From assembly GCA_035699205.1 (NCBI GenBank), contig DASSBA010000011.1, positions 1,339-65,338 on the forward strand: a stretch of 64,000 bases of DNA, given 5' to 3'. The position numbers were made by a program, and so were the translations under genes. Below the pieces are notes generated by a model. That model was not told the DNA's origin. It saw only the letters and a list, made by a program, of their open reading frames with translations, and did no database searches. Position 1 is the stretch's first letter, and each line of letters begins with the position of its first letter. Below are positions 1 to 8,185 of the stretch, in pieces. This stretch comes from Gemmatimonadales bacterium (GTDB lineage: Bacteria > Gemmatimonadota > Gemmatimonadetes > Gemmatimonadales > GWC2-71-9).

Positions 1-441
1 CAGGTCGATGACGTAATCGCGTTCGCGGTCCTCGGGTCGTCCCGTCCACCCGAACCAGTACAGCGGCGCGCCGAACAGCAGGGCCACGTCGGGATGGGCC
101 TCGAGGATCGCAACCTGGCGCTCGAGCTTGTCCGGCAGCCAGACGTCGTCCGCGTCGAGCAGGGCGAGGTAGTCGCCCCGTGCATGCTGCAGGCCCAGAT
201 TGCGGGACGCACTCATCCCCCGGTTGCGATGGCCCGGGTGTTCCAGGTAGCGCACGCGGTGCGGCTCCCGTTCGGCGTACCCGCGCGCGAGCGCGCTGCC
301 GCCGTCGGCGGAGCCGTCATCGATCAGCAACAGCTCCCAGTGCGAATAGGTCTGCGCGAAGATGCTTCGGATGGCCTCGTCCAGAAAGCGCTCGGCGTCC
401 AGAAAGATCACGACGACCGAGACCAGCGGCGTCGCGCTCAC
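1..441 (-). CDS. Glycosyltransferase family 2 (GT-A), first 147 codons; the gene runs off the left edge
   Basis: Own minus-strand translation from GTG at 439-441: VSATPLVSVVIFLDAERFLDEAIRSIFAQTYSHWELLLIDDGSADG...YLALLDADDVWLPDKL (GT2 N-terminal and DxD-type signature). GGAG lies about 8 nt upstream. Not in the ORF track because it is truncated. Confidence 0.8.
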   Translation of the reverse strand, partial: MSATPLVSVVVIFLDAERFLDEAIRSIFAQTYSHWELLLIDDGSADGGSALARGYAEREPHRVRYLEHPGHRNRGMSASRNLGLQHARGDYLALLDADDVWLPDKLERQVAILEAHPDVALLFGAPLYWFGWTGRPEDRERDYVIDL

Positions 442-846
442 GGGCCCTTCTCCGCGTGCGATCCAGCGGGCATCGGCGTCGGCGTGGACGGGCTTAACTC
501 CATGTTGGTCGCAGGAACGACGTGGCGGCGGCAGCTGGCGGTCCGTGGTCCGGTGTCCCCCGCCGAAGCGTCCGCCGCCGAGGAGCAGGAAGCATACCAT
601 GCATGGCCCCGCCCGGGGCGGCCCGCGGCCAGGGTGGTCCGGTGGACCGCCCCAGGTCGCGCAGGGACAATCCGTTAGCCCGAGGGCCGCCGTCCCGCCG
701 ACAGCGACTCGCGGCGGGTGGCCGGTAGCGCGCGCGGGGCGGCGGCGGGGCCGCGTAGATCGCCTCGATCCGCCGACATTTCTGCGCTGTTGCGCTGGAA
801 CAGCATATGCACCCGGGGCGGCCTCCGACAACCTCCAGCGGAGCTC

Positions 847-2109
847 ATGAACGGACGCGCCACGATCTGGTCGCCTACGACGCCGCTGCGCTACATGGCG
901 CAGTTGGACGCGCTCCGCGCGATCGCCGCCGGCATGGTGCTCCTCTACCACTTCTGGCGGCCGGTCCGCGAATACGTGCACCTGGGCGGGATCGGCGTGC
1001 GGGTGTTTTTCGTGCTCAGCGGCTTTCTCATCACCGGCATCCTGCTGCGGTCCAGGCAACTGGTGGAGGCCAGGGAGACGCACACCGGGGCGGCGCTCCG
1101 CCGGTTCTACGTCCGCCGTGTGCTGCGGATCTTTCCGCTCTACTATCTCGCGCTGGTGATCGCGTGGTTCGGTCACGTATCAGGCGCACGGGAGGGAATG
1201 GCCTGGCACGCCGCGTATTTATCCAATGTCCATTTCTTTTTCGAGAACGCGGTACACCACGGTCAGTGGGGCGGCTATGTCGGCCACTTCTGGTCGCTCG
1301 CGGTGGAGGAACAATTCTATCTTTTGTGGCCCTGGGTCGTCTTCTTCGCGCGCCGGCAATGGCTCCCCGGTATCGCGCTGGGCATGGCTGCCGTGGGGCC
1401 CCTCTTTCGTCTCGTGGTCACCGCGATCACCGGCAATGACCTCGCGCCGATCCTCCTGCCCGGCTGCATCGACTCGCTCGCCCTCGGCGCCTATCTGGCG
1501 ATGACCGTCGCCCCCGGCTTCGAATCGCACCCGCTCGTGCGTCCGATCGGGCCGGCTGCACTGTGGAGTGGAGTCCTGCTGTTCGGCGCACACCAGGCCG
1601 CCGTGCACACCGGCGGGCTCTGGCTGTTCCGGGCCGTGTCCTTCGACCTCGCGGTGGCTCTCGCGGGCGTGTGGCTGGTGGCTCGTGCCTCGCAGGGCTT
1701 CGGTGGGGTCGCCGGACGAGTCCTGGAGCTCGGACCGCTCCGGTACCTGGGGACGATCAGCTACGGAATCTACGTCTACCATCGGATGCTGCCCGATCTT
1801 CTCCCGCGAGCGGCACGCCGCCTGGGCTACGCCGACCTGCTGGCGCCCCTGGGCGATCAGACCGTCCCCTACGTCATCTTCTACACCGCGGCGTCGGTGG
1901 CCCTGGCCGCGGTATCCTGGCATTGCTTCGAAGGGCCGATCAATCGGCTGAAGTCGCGGCTCGAAGACCCGCCGCCGCGGCTGGCGCGGACCGGGTCGCA
2001 CGTGGTCCCGGACTCGGGGAGCCGGTACCTTTCGCCGGCCAGCCCATCCGGAACCGCCCGCCGGAATGACCCTGATGACTCCCGGCCGGACGCGGTCGCG
2101 CGTTCCTGA
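847..2109 (+). CDS. Acyltransferase family 3 (membrane O-acyltransferase for glycans)
   Basis: Track ORF 718-2109 trimmed to ATG 847. Motifs: QLDALRAIAAGMVLLYHF, VRVFFVLSGFLITGILL, FWSLAVEEQFYLLWP, multiple TM segments. ATG 895 is an alternative start. Confidence 0.85.
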   Translation: MNGRATIWSPTTPLRYMAQLDALRAIAAGMVLLYHFWRPVREYVHLGGIGVRVFFVLSGFLITGILLRSRQLVEARETHTGAALRRFYVRRVLRIFPLYYLALVIAWFGHVSGAREGMAWHAAYLSNVHFFFENAVHHGQWGGYVGHFWSLAVEEQFYLLWPWVVFFARRQWLPGIALGMAAVGPLFRLVVTAITGNDLAPILLPGCIDSLALGAYLAMTVAPGFESHPLVRPIGPAALWSGVLLFGAHQAAVHTGGLWLFRAVSFDLAVALAGVWLVARASQGFGGVAGRVLELGPLRYLGTISYGIYVYHRMLPDLLPRAARRLGYADLLAPLGDQTVPYVIFYTAASVALAAVSWHCFEGPINRLKSRLEDPPPRLARTGSHVVPDSGSRYLSPASPSGTARRNDPDDSRPDAVARS

Positions 2110-2116
2110 GGCCCGA

Positions 2117-3292
2117 ATGTCCCGGATACTTCTCATCGCGCCCGTGCCGACCCACCCCAGTGCGACGGGCGCCAGCGCGCGCGTGCGTCACATGGCGGAC
2201 GGCCTGCTGTCGCTGGGACACGAGGTGCACTTCCTGTATCTCCAGCAGACGCTCCGGGACTCCAGCCGCGTCATGCAGCGGCACTGGAACGATCGCCTGC
2301 ATGTGTTTCACAGTCTGTCGCCGGCGAGTTTCGCCGGCCGCGGCCGGCGGAAGCTGGTGCGGGTGCTGGGCAAGACGTTCCACCTGAATCTTCCGGTGGA
2401 CAGCTACTTCGATCCGGGAGCCGCCCGCTACCTGCGGAGCCTGCTGGGCGGCGGCGACTTCGACGCGGCGATCGTGTCCTACATCTTCTATTCCAGGCTG
2501 CTCGAGTCCGTGCCGGGCTCCGTGCGCAAGCTCATCGATACGCACGACGTCTTCTCGGACCGCTATCGGCTCTACCGGGAGCACGGCCAGGCCAACGAGT
2601 TCTTCTCGACCGGGAAGTCGGAGGAAGGGAAAGCGCTCGATCGGGCCGACACGGTCGTGGCGATACAGGAGTGGGATGCGAGTCATTTCCGTTCGCTGAC
2701 CACCCGCTCGGTCGCCGTGGTCGGGCATCTCGCGCCCATGGTCGCTGCCGCGCCGGCGGCGGCCGGTCCCGACCGCGCGCCTGCCATTCTGTTCGTCGGC
2801 GGCCCGATGGGCATCAACGTGCACGGCGTGACCTGGTTCATCGATCAGGTGCTCCCGGGCGTGCGCCGCCGCGTGCCGGGTGCCCATCTGTGGCTGGTCG
2901 GCGGTATCGGCGGCCGGCTCCGCCGCGAGACGCCGGGCGTGCAGCGTTTCGGTTTCGTCGACGCGCTGGAGGATTTCTACCGGCGCGCCGCGGTCGTGAT
3001 CAATCCCCAGCAGTTCGGAACCGGGCTCAGCATCAAGTCCGTCGACGCGCTGCTGCGGGCGCGGCCCCTGGTGACGACCGCCTCCGGCGCCCGCGGATTG
3101 GAGGATGGCGCGGGCGCCGCGTTCATGCAGGCGGGATCGGCCGAGGAGTTCGGTGACCTGGTGGTCGGGTTGCTGCGGGACCCGGGGGAGGCGGCGGCGC
3201 TGGCCGGCCGTGCCGCGGAATTCGCTCGCGCCTATCATCGGCGCAACCTGCAGGCCCTGGATCAGGTGGTCACTGCGCCCGCGGACCGATGA
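2117..3292 (+). CDS. GT-B fold glycosyltransferase (GT4/GT1-like)
   Basis: Track ORF 2066-3292 trimmed to ATG 2117 (MSRILLIAPVPTHPSATGASARV...). The C-terminal half has FGTGLSIKSVDALLRARPLVTT, typical of the Glycos_transf_1 nucleotide-sugar binding region. Confidence 0.7.
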   Translation: MSRILLIAPVPTHPSATGASARVRHMADGLLSLGHEVHFLYLQQTLRDSSRVMQRHWNDRLHVFHSLSPASFAGRGRRKLVRVLGKTFHLNLPVDSYFDPGAARYLRSLLGGGDFDAAIVSYIFYSRLLESVPGSVRKLIDTHDVFSDRYRLYREHGQANEFFSTGKSEEGKALDRADTVVAIQEWDASHFRSLTTRSVAVVGHLAPMVAAAPAAAGPDRAPAILFVGGPMGINVHGVTWFIDQVLPGVRRRVPGAHLWLVGGIGGRLRRETPGVQRFGFVDALEDFYRRAAVVINPQQFGTGLSIKSVDALLRARPLVTTASGARGLEDGAGAAFMQAGSAEEFGDLVVGLLRDPGEAAALAGRAAEFARAYHRRNLQALDQVVTAPADR

Positions 3293-4416
3293 TGCGCCGC
3301 GTCGTCCACTACGTCGACAGCCACGAGTTCGGGGGCAGCGAGGAGGCTGCACTGCACCTCATGGCGGCCCTGGACCGTGGACGCTGGGAGCCGGTGCTCC
3401 TGCATCATCCCGACCCCGGGGTCGCGCGCCTGGTGGAAGCTGCCGCGGATCTCGGCATTCGCACCCAGGCCGTGCCTCGGCTGGCCCCGCGGGATCGCCT
3501 GGCCGGCACGGCCCGGCTCTGGCGGGCGGTGCGGGCCGAGCGGCCGGCCATTTTTCACGCCCACCTGAGCTGGCCGTTCGCCTGCAAGCACGGGACGCTC
3601 GCCGCCTGGCTCGCGGGTGTGCCGGCACTCGTGGGGACCGCTCAGCTCTACCTCCCGCCGGACGGCACCCGGCAGCCGCGCCTGCTCCTTGGGCTGTTCC
3701 GCCGGATCATCGCCGTGTCCGAGGAGGTGAAGGCCCGCTACGCGCGGGAGCTCCGCGTCCCGGTGCGGAAGCTCGCCGTCGTGCGGAACGCGATCAAGGT
3801 GCCGCCGGCCGGACAGGCGGGCGATCCGGCGCTGCGTGGGGCACTCGTCCGCGGCCGGCCGGACTTCGTCGTGCTCACGGCGGCGCGCCTTCACCCCCAG
3901 AAGGGCCACACGTACCTCCTGTCCGCGGCCGCGCAGGTCCCGGATGCGACATTCGTCTTCGCCGGCGACGGCCCGCTCCGCTCCGCGCTCGAGGCGCAGG
4001 CGCGGGAGCTCGGCATCGCGGATCGGTGCGTCTTCCTCGGGCAGCGCGCGGACGTGCCCGGTCTCCTGGCGGCGGCCGATCTCGTGGTGCTGCCGTCGCT
4101 CTTCGAGGGCCTGCCCGTTTCGGTGCTCGAGGCGATGGCCGCCCAACGGCCGGTCGTGGCCACGGCGATCGGCGGCACCGATGAGGCCGTCACCGCCGAC
4201 CAGACGGGTCTGCTCGTCCCGCCGCGCGATCCCGGCGCCCTGGCGGCGGCCATCCGCCGTCTCCAGGACGACCCCGCGCTTGCCCGCCGCCTCGCCGCAG
4301 CCGGTCGCGAGCGCGTCGAGCGGGAATTCGCCTCCGACGGGACGGCCCTGAGCGTCATGCGGATCTACGATGAGGTGATGGCCGAGCTCCGGAGCGGCGA
4401 TGCCCGCGGGGTCTGA
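3289..4416 (+). CDS. Glycosyltransferase family 4 (GT-B)
   Basis: 375 aa. Motifs: GGSEEAALHL, LTAARLHPQKGHTYLL, LPSLFEGLPVSVLEAMAAQRPVVATAIGGTDEAV (EX7E-type motif). 4-nt overlap with the upstream gene. Confidence 0.87.
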   Translation: MMRRVVHYVDSHEFGGSEEAALHLMAALDRGRWEPVLLHHPDPGVARLVEAAADLGIRTQAVPRLAPRDRLAGTARLWRAVRAERPAIFHAHLSWPFACKHGTLAAWLAGVPALVGTAQLYLPPDGTRQPRLLLGLFRRIIAVSEEVKARYARELRVPVRKLAVVRNAIKVPPAGQAGDPALRGALVRGRPDFVVLTAARLHPQKGHTYLLSAAAQVPDATFVFAGDGPLRSALEAQARELGIADRCVFLGQRADVPGLLAAADLVVLPSLFEGLPVSVLEAMAAQRPVVATAIGGTDEAVTADQTGLLVPPRDPGALAAAIRRLQDDPALARRLAAAGRERVEREFASDGTALSVMRIYDEVMAELRSGDARGV

Positions 4417-5962
4417 GACCCCGGAGCAGGAGCGCAATGCGCGGCTGCGGCGGGCCGACTGGCGCTTCCTCCTCCCCTCGCCGCGCCCGGCCCGCGCCCT
4501 GTGCCGCGGCACCGGCGCCCTGGCGGACGCCGTGGCGAGCATCGCCGGCGAGGTGGTCATGGAAAGCCCGGGCCGAGACTGTGACCTTGCGGTGGCGGAG
4601 AACCCCGACGTGAGGACGCTGGCCGAGCTTCGGGCTGCGCTGCGGGCCGGCGGCACCTGCTACACGGAGTGGCACCCGCGATTCGGCAGTGCACGCCGGG
4701 TGGCGCGCGCGCTCCACGCCGCGGGCTTCCAGGACGTCGCGTGCTACCGCCGCTGGCCTGCCTCCGCCGACCTGCCGGTGTTCTGGATCCCGGTGGACTC
4801 GCCGGGGGCAGCGGCGTACGTGCGCTCGCGGGGATGGTTGCGCGGCGGCCGGATGCGACGGCTGCTCGCCGGAGGCCGGCGGCTCGCGCACGACCTCCTC
4901 CGGGCCCGGTTCGGACGGCCGGTCTGCGCGATCGCGCGCTGCTCCGAGGCTCCCCAGCCCGGCGGGTCCCCGGCCGAGTGGCTCCGGAAGGGCTGGACGG
5001 AGTGGGGGCTGGGCACCGAGCCCGGCCGGCTCTCCACGCTGCTGGTGACCGGTGGGCCGCGCAGCGTCAGCAAGGTCGTGCTCCTGGCGTTCGCCGAGCC
5101 GAGCCCGCTTCCCGTGGCGGCCATCAAGGCACCGCGGGTGGACGAGGCCGCCGGCGGGATTCGCCGCGAGGGGGACGCGCTCGCGGGCCTGGCCGCCCGC
5201 CGGCCCGGCGGACTTCCAGGGGTTCCCCGGCTGCTCGCGCAGCGCGAGACCGACGGCGTGCCGCTGATCGGCGAGACCGCGCTCGTGGGGCGTCCCCTGG
5301 AGAGCCTGCTCACGCCCCGCAGCCTCGGTGCGTGGTCAACGAAGGTCGCCGACTGGCTCGCCGCGATCGCGGAGGGAGCGGCCGTGCTACCCGCAAGCCA
5401 CTGGCGCGAGCGGATCGTCGAACCGGCCGTGTGCCGGTTCGCGGAAGCGTTCGGCGGGGTGGTGGACCGGGGGCTGCTCCGGGAGGGCGACGCCGTCGTG
5501 CGGGGAATCGGCGCGCTTCCGGCCGTGCCCGAGCAGCGGGACTTCGGCCCCTGGAACGTGCTGGCGACCCGGACGGGCGAGATCGCGGTGCTGGACTGGG
5601 AATCGGCCGAGCTGGACGGAGTGCCCACACTGGACCTGCTGTATTACCTCGCCTACGCGACGTTCAGCGTGGATCGCGCGCGGGACCGGGGGAGCCGGAT
5701 CGCCTCCTTTCGCCGGTCGCTCGACCCCTCGACCGCGGCCGGCGCCGTCCGCCGCGACTGCCTCGCGCGCTATCTCGGCGCCCTCGGGCTCGACTCGGCG
5801 CAACTCGCGCCACTCCGCGCGCTCGTGTGGCTGATCCACGCGCAGTCGGATGTCCGCCACGCCGCCGCAGACGCCGGCGGGCCGCCGCCCGCCGCGGCCC
5901 TCGCCCGGAGCCTGTTCCTGGCGCTCTGGGCGGAGGAGGTACGCCACATCGCCCGCGGGTGA
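4400..5962 (+). CDS. Two-domain protein: degenerate class-I methyltransferase-like N-terminus plus APH/protein-kinase-like fold C-terminus (WbdD-like candidate)
   Basis: 520 aa. The N-terminal DLAVAENPDVRTLAELRAALRAGGTCY resembles the MTase post-II/III region. The C-terminal PEQRDFGPWNVLATRTGEIAVLDWESAE is an APH/kinase catalytic-loop-like D-x4-N ... D motif. The gene overlaps the preceding GT4 by 17 nt. Confidence 0.55.
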   Translation: MPAGSETPEQERNARLRRADWRFLLPSPRPARALCRGTGALADAVASIAGEVVMESPGRDCDLAVAENPDVRTLAELRAALRAGGTCYTEWHPRFGSARRVARALHAAGFQDVACYRRWPASADLPVFWIPVDSPGAAAYVRSRGWLRGGRMRRLLAGGRRLAHDLLRARFGRPVCAIARCSEAPQPGGSPAEWLRKGWTEWGLGTEPGRLSTLLVTGGPRSVSKVVLLAFAEPSPLPVAAIKAPRVDEAAGGIRREGDALAGLAARRPGGLPGVPRLLAQRETDGVPLIGETALVGRPLESLLTPRSLGAWSTKVADWLAAIAEGAAVLPASHWRERIVEPAVCRFAEAFGGVVDRGLLREGDAVVRGIGALPAVPEQRDFGPWNVLATRTGEIAVLDWESAELDGVPTLDLLYYLAYATFSVDRARDRGSRIASFRRSLDPSTAAGAVRRDCLARYLGALGLDSAQLAPLRALVWLIHAQSDVRHAAADAGGPPPAAALARSLFLALWAEEVRHIARG

Positions 5963-5980
5963 CCCGGTTGATGAGGCGCC

Positions 5981-6008
5981 CGGATTCCGGCGTTTGCACG
6001 GGAATCCG
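5981..6008. terminator. Short hairpin in the convergent spacer between the kinase-like gene and wzt
   Basis: CGGATTCC (5981-5988) pairs with GGAATCCG (6001-6008) around a 12-nt loop. No clear U-tract. Confidence 0.35.
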
Positions 6009-6064
6009 TAACGTGAATTCACCACGGAGGCACGGGAAACACGGAGAAGATGGAGCCAAGCTCG

Positions 6065-7315
6065 TCAGTCGGCGTCCACCAGCTCGAGCCGGCAGGTGAC
6101 CAGGCCATCGTCGGTCGGCGCGCGTCCCAGTCCCGGCACCTGCAGCGCGACCACCTCGACCTCGGGTCCGGTCGGGATGAAGTCGTAGACGGCACCGAGT
6201 GGTCCGGCCAGCCAGAATCCCAGCCTGTACACGCCGGGATTGAGATGCAGCTCCGGAATCCGGAGCCTGAGCTGGTGGGTGCCCGCGTCCAGCCGCAACG
6301 TGCGCCCGACCGCGACCGTGTCGGCGTTCACGAGCTTGGTACCCTGCATGTCGTAGAGCGTCACGGCCAGGCTGGGAATGGTGCACGCGGCCGCGGTCTC
6401 GACGGTGAGGCCCACCATGAGCGGCCCGTCCGGGTACGGCTGGCCGCCGGCGGCCCCATCCTCGCACCAGTAGCGCGCCTGAACCACTCGGGCCGTGCCG
6501 CTGCCGGTGCGCTCGACGTTCGAAAGATCGATCCAGGCGCCGGCGGACGACGGCGCCTCGGCCCGCGCGAGATACTGCGCCACGATGGCCGGCGTGGCGC
6601 CGGCGGCCACGGAACGCCCCCGCTCGAGCAGCACCGCCCGGGTACACAGCCGCTGCACCGCGTCCATGTTGTGGCTCACGAAGAGCACCGTCCGGCCATC
6701 GCTCCGGGCGACGTCCTGCATCCGGCCCAGGCACTTCTTCTGGAATTCCGCATCTCCCACCGCGAGCACCTCGTCCACGATCAGCACCTCGGGCTCGAGG
6801 TGGGCGGCCACGGCGAAGGCCAGCCGCACCTGCATGCCGCTGGAGTAGCGCTTCACGGGAGTATCGAGGAACTGCCCCACGTCGGCGAACGCTACGATCT
6901 CGTCGAACTTGCGGTCGATCTCCGTCTTTCGCATGCCGAGGATCGCCCCGCTCATGTAGACGTTTTCGCGGCCGGTGAGCTCGGAGTGGAAGCCGGTGCC
7001 CGCCTCGAGCAGCGAGCCGACCCGGCCCTCGATCTGGGCCCAGCCCTCGGTCGGCGCGACGATGCGCGAGAGGATCTTGAGAAACGTGCTCTTCCCGGCG
7101 CCGTTGCCGCCGATGACCCCCACGACTTCGCCGCGCTGGATCTCGAGCGATACATCGCGCAGCGCCCAGACCGCGGTGTCGTCGGCCGAGCCGCGGCGGC
7201 GGAACGGCGCGCGCGCCAGCTCGGCCAGGTCTTCGCGCAGGGTCCGCCGGCCCCGGACCTGGCCGATCTGGTATCGTTTGCCCAGGCGTTCGGCCCGGAT
7301 GACCGTGTGGCCCAC
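6065..7315 (-). CDS. wzt: Polysaccharide ABC exporter ATP-binding protein with extended C-terminal (Wzt_C-like) domain
   Basis: 416 aa. Walker A GGNGAGKST, signature YSSGMQVRLAFA, Walker B LIVDEVLAVGD, followed by a roughly 170-aa beta-rich C-terminal extension (RYWCEDGAAGGQPYPDGPLMVGLTVE...). Confidence 0.9.
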   Translation of the reverse strand: MGHTVIRAERLGKRYQIGQVRGRRTLREDLAELARAPFRRRGSADDTAVWALRDVSLEIQRGEVVGVIGGNGAGKSTFLKILSRIVAPTEGWAQIEGRVGSLLEAGTGFHSELTGRENVYMSGAILGMRKTEIDRKFDEIVAFADVGQFLDTPVKRYSSGMQVRLAFAVAAHLEPEVLIVDEVLAVGDAEFQKKCLGRMQDVARSDGRTVLFVSHNMDAVQRLCTRAVLLERGRSVAAGATPAIVAQYLARAEAPSSAGAWIDLSNVERTGSGTARVVQARYWCEDGAAGGQPYPDGPLMVGLTVETAAACTIPSLAVTLYDMQGTKLVNADTVAVGRTLRLDAGTHQLRLRIPELHLNPGVYRLGFWLAGPLGAVYDFIPTGPEVEVVALQVPGLGRAPTDDGLVTCRLELVDAD

Positions 7316-7318
7316 CGC

Positions 7319-8185
7319 TCAGACCACGTCAGCGAACGTGCGTTCCATTCGCCGGAAGAAGTACAGCCCCGCCGTGAACAGGATGGCGACGGCGGCGGCG
7401 CCGGCCGCCAGTTCGGCCCCGGGCGCGCGGGCCGCCGGGGCGATCATCCAGCGAAAGCCGTCCACCACGCCGACCATGGGATTGAGCCCGTACAGCGGCC
7501 GCCACCGCTCCGGCACGAGCGTGCTCGAATACGCCACCGGCGTGGCGAAGAGCCAGATCTGCACCAGGAACGGAATCACGTGTCGCACATCCCGGTAGCG
7601 CACGTTGAGCGCCGCGAGCCAGAGCGCGGGCGCGAGTGCGCAGGCAGCCGCGAGCACGGCCAACCCGGGTGCCGCGAGCAGCCGCGGGGTCGGCGCGATG
7701 CCGTACCAGGCGAGTACCGCGAGCAGCAGGACGAACGAGATCGCGAGATCCACCAGCCCCGCGATCACCGCCGCGAGCGGGAGCAGCAGCCGCGGAAAAT
7801 AGACCTTGGTCAGGAGCTGCTGCTGATCCACCAGGCTGTTGCCGGCCTGCGCCAGCGCGTTCGCGAAGTAGGTCCACGGAACCAGCGCGGCCAGCGCGAA
7901 CACCGGGTACGGCATGCCGTCGGAACCGAGCCGCGCGAGCCGGCCGAAGACCACGCTGAAGACCGCCATCGCGAGCAGCGGCTGCAGGACCGCCCACGTC
8001 GCGCCCAGGACGGTCTGCTTGTAACGCAGCTTGAGACTGCGGAGGACCAGGAAATAGAGCAGCTCGTGCGCGCCCGCGAACTCGCGCAGGTCGAGTGGCG
8101 CCCAGCCTTTCGGCGGGCGGATCGAGATCACGGACGCCGGAGCGGGCTGGGGCATCTCGCGAAGATAATCCGCCGCCGGGCTCAT
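7319..8185 (-). CDS. wzm: ABC-2 type polysaccharide exporter permease
   Basis: C-terminal 288 codons of track ORF 7319-9790, starting at MSPAADYLREM. Motifs: ELLYFLVLRSLKLRYKQTVLGATWAVLQPLL, six predicted TM segments. The upstream part of the track ORF is a shadow extension. Confidence 0.87.
   Translation of the reverse strand: MSPAADYLREMPQPAPASVISIRPPKGWAPLDLREFAGAHELLYFLVLRSLKLRYKQTVLGATWAVLQPLLAMAVFSVVFGRLARLGSDGMPYPVFALAALVPWTYFANALAQAGNSLVDQQQLLTKVYFPRLLLPLAAVIAGLVDLAISFVLLLAVLAWYGIAPTPRLLAAPGLAVLAAACALAPALWLAALNVRYRDVRHVIPFLVQIWLFATPVAYSSTLVPERWRPLYGLNPMVGVVDGFRWMIAPAARAPGAELAAGAAAVAILFTAGLYFFRRMERTFADVV

Noticed and set aside
441-847. 400-bp spacer between the divergent GT2 and acyltransferase genes, as a possible hidden gene
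   Set aside because: The track ORFs here (94-678, 362-850, 522-728 and 675-863) are Arg/Pro/Gly-rich and overlap each other in several frames. I could support no homology or coding bias, so I treat it as a divergent promoter region.
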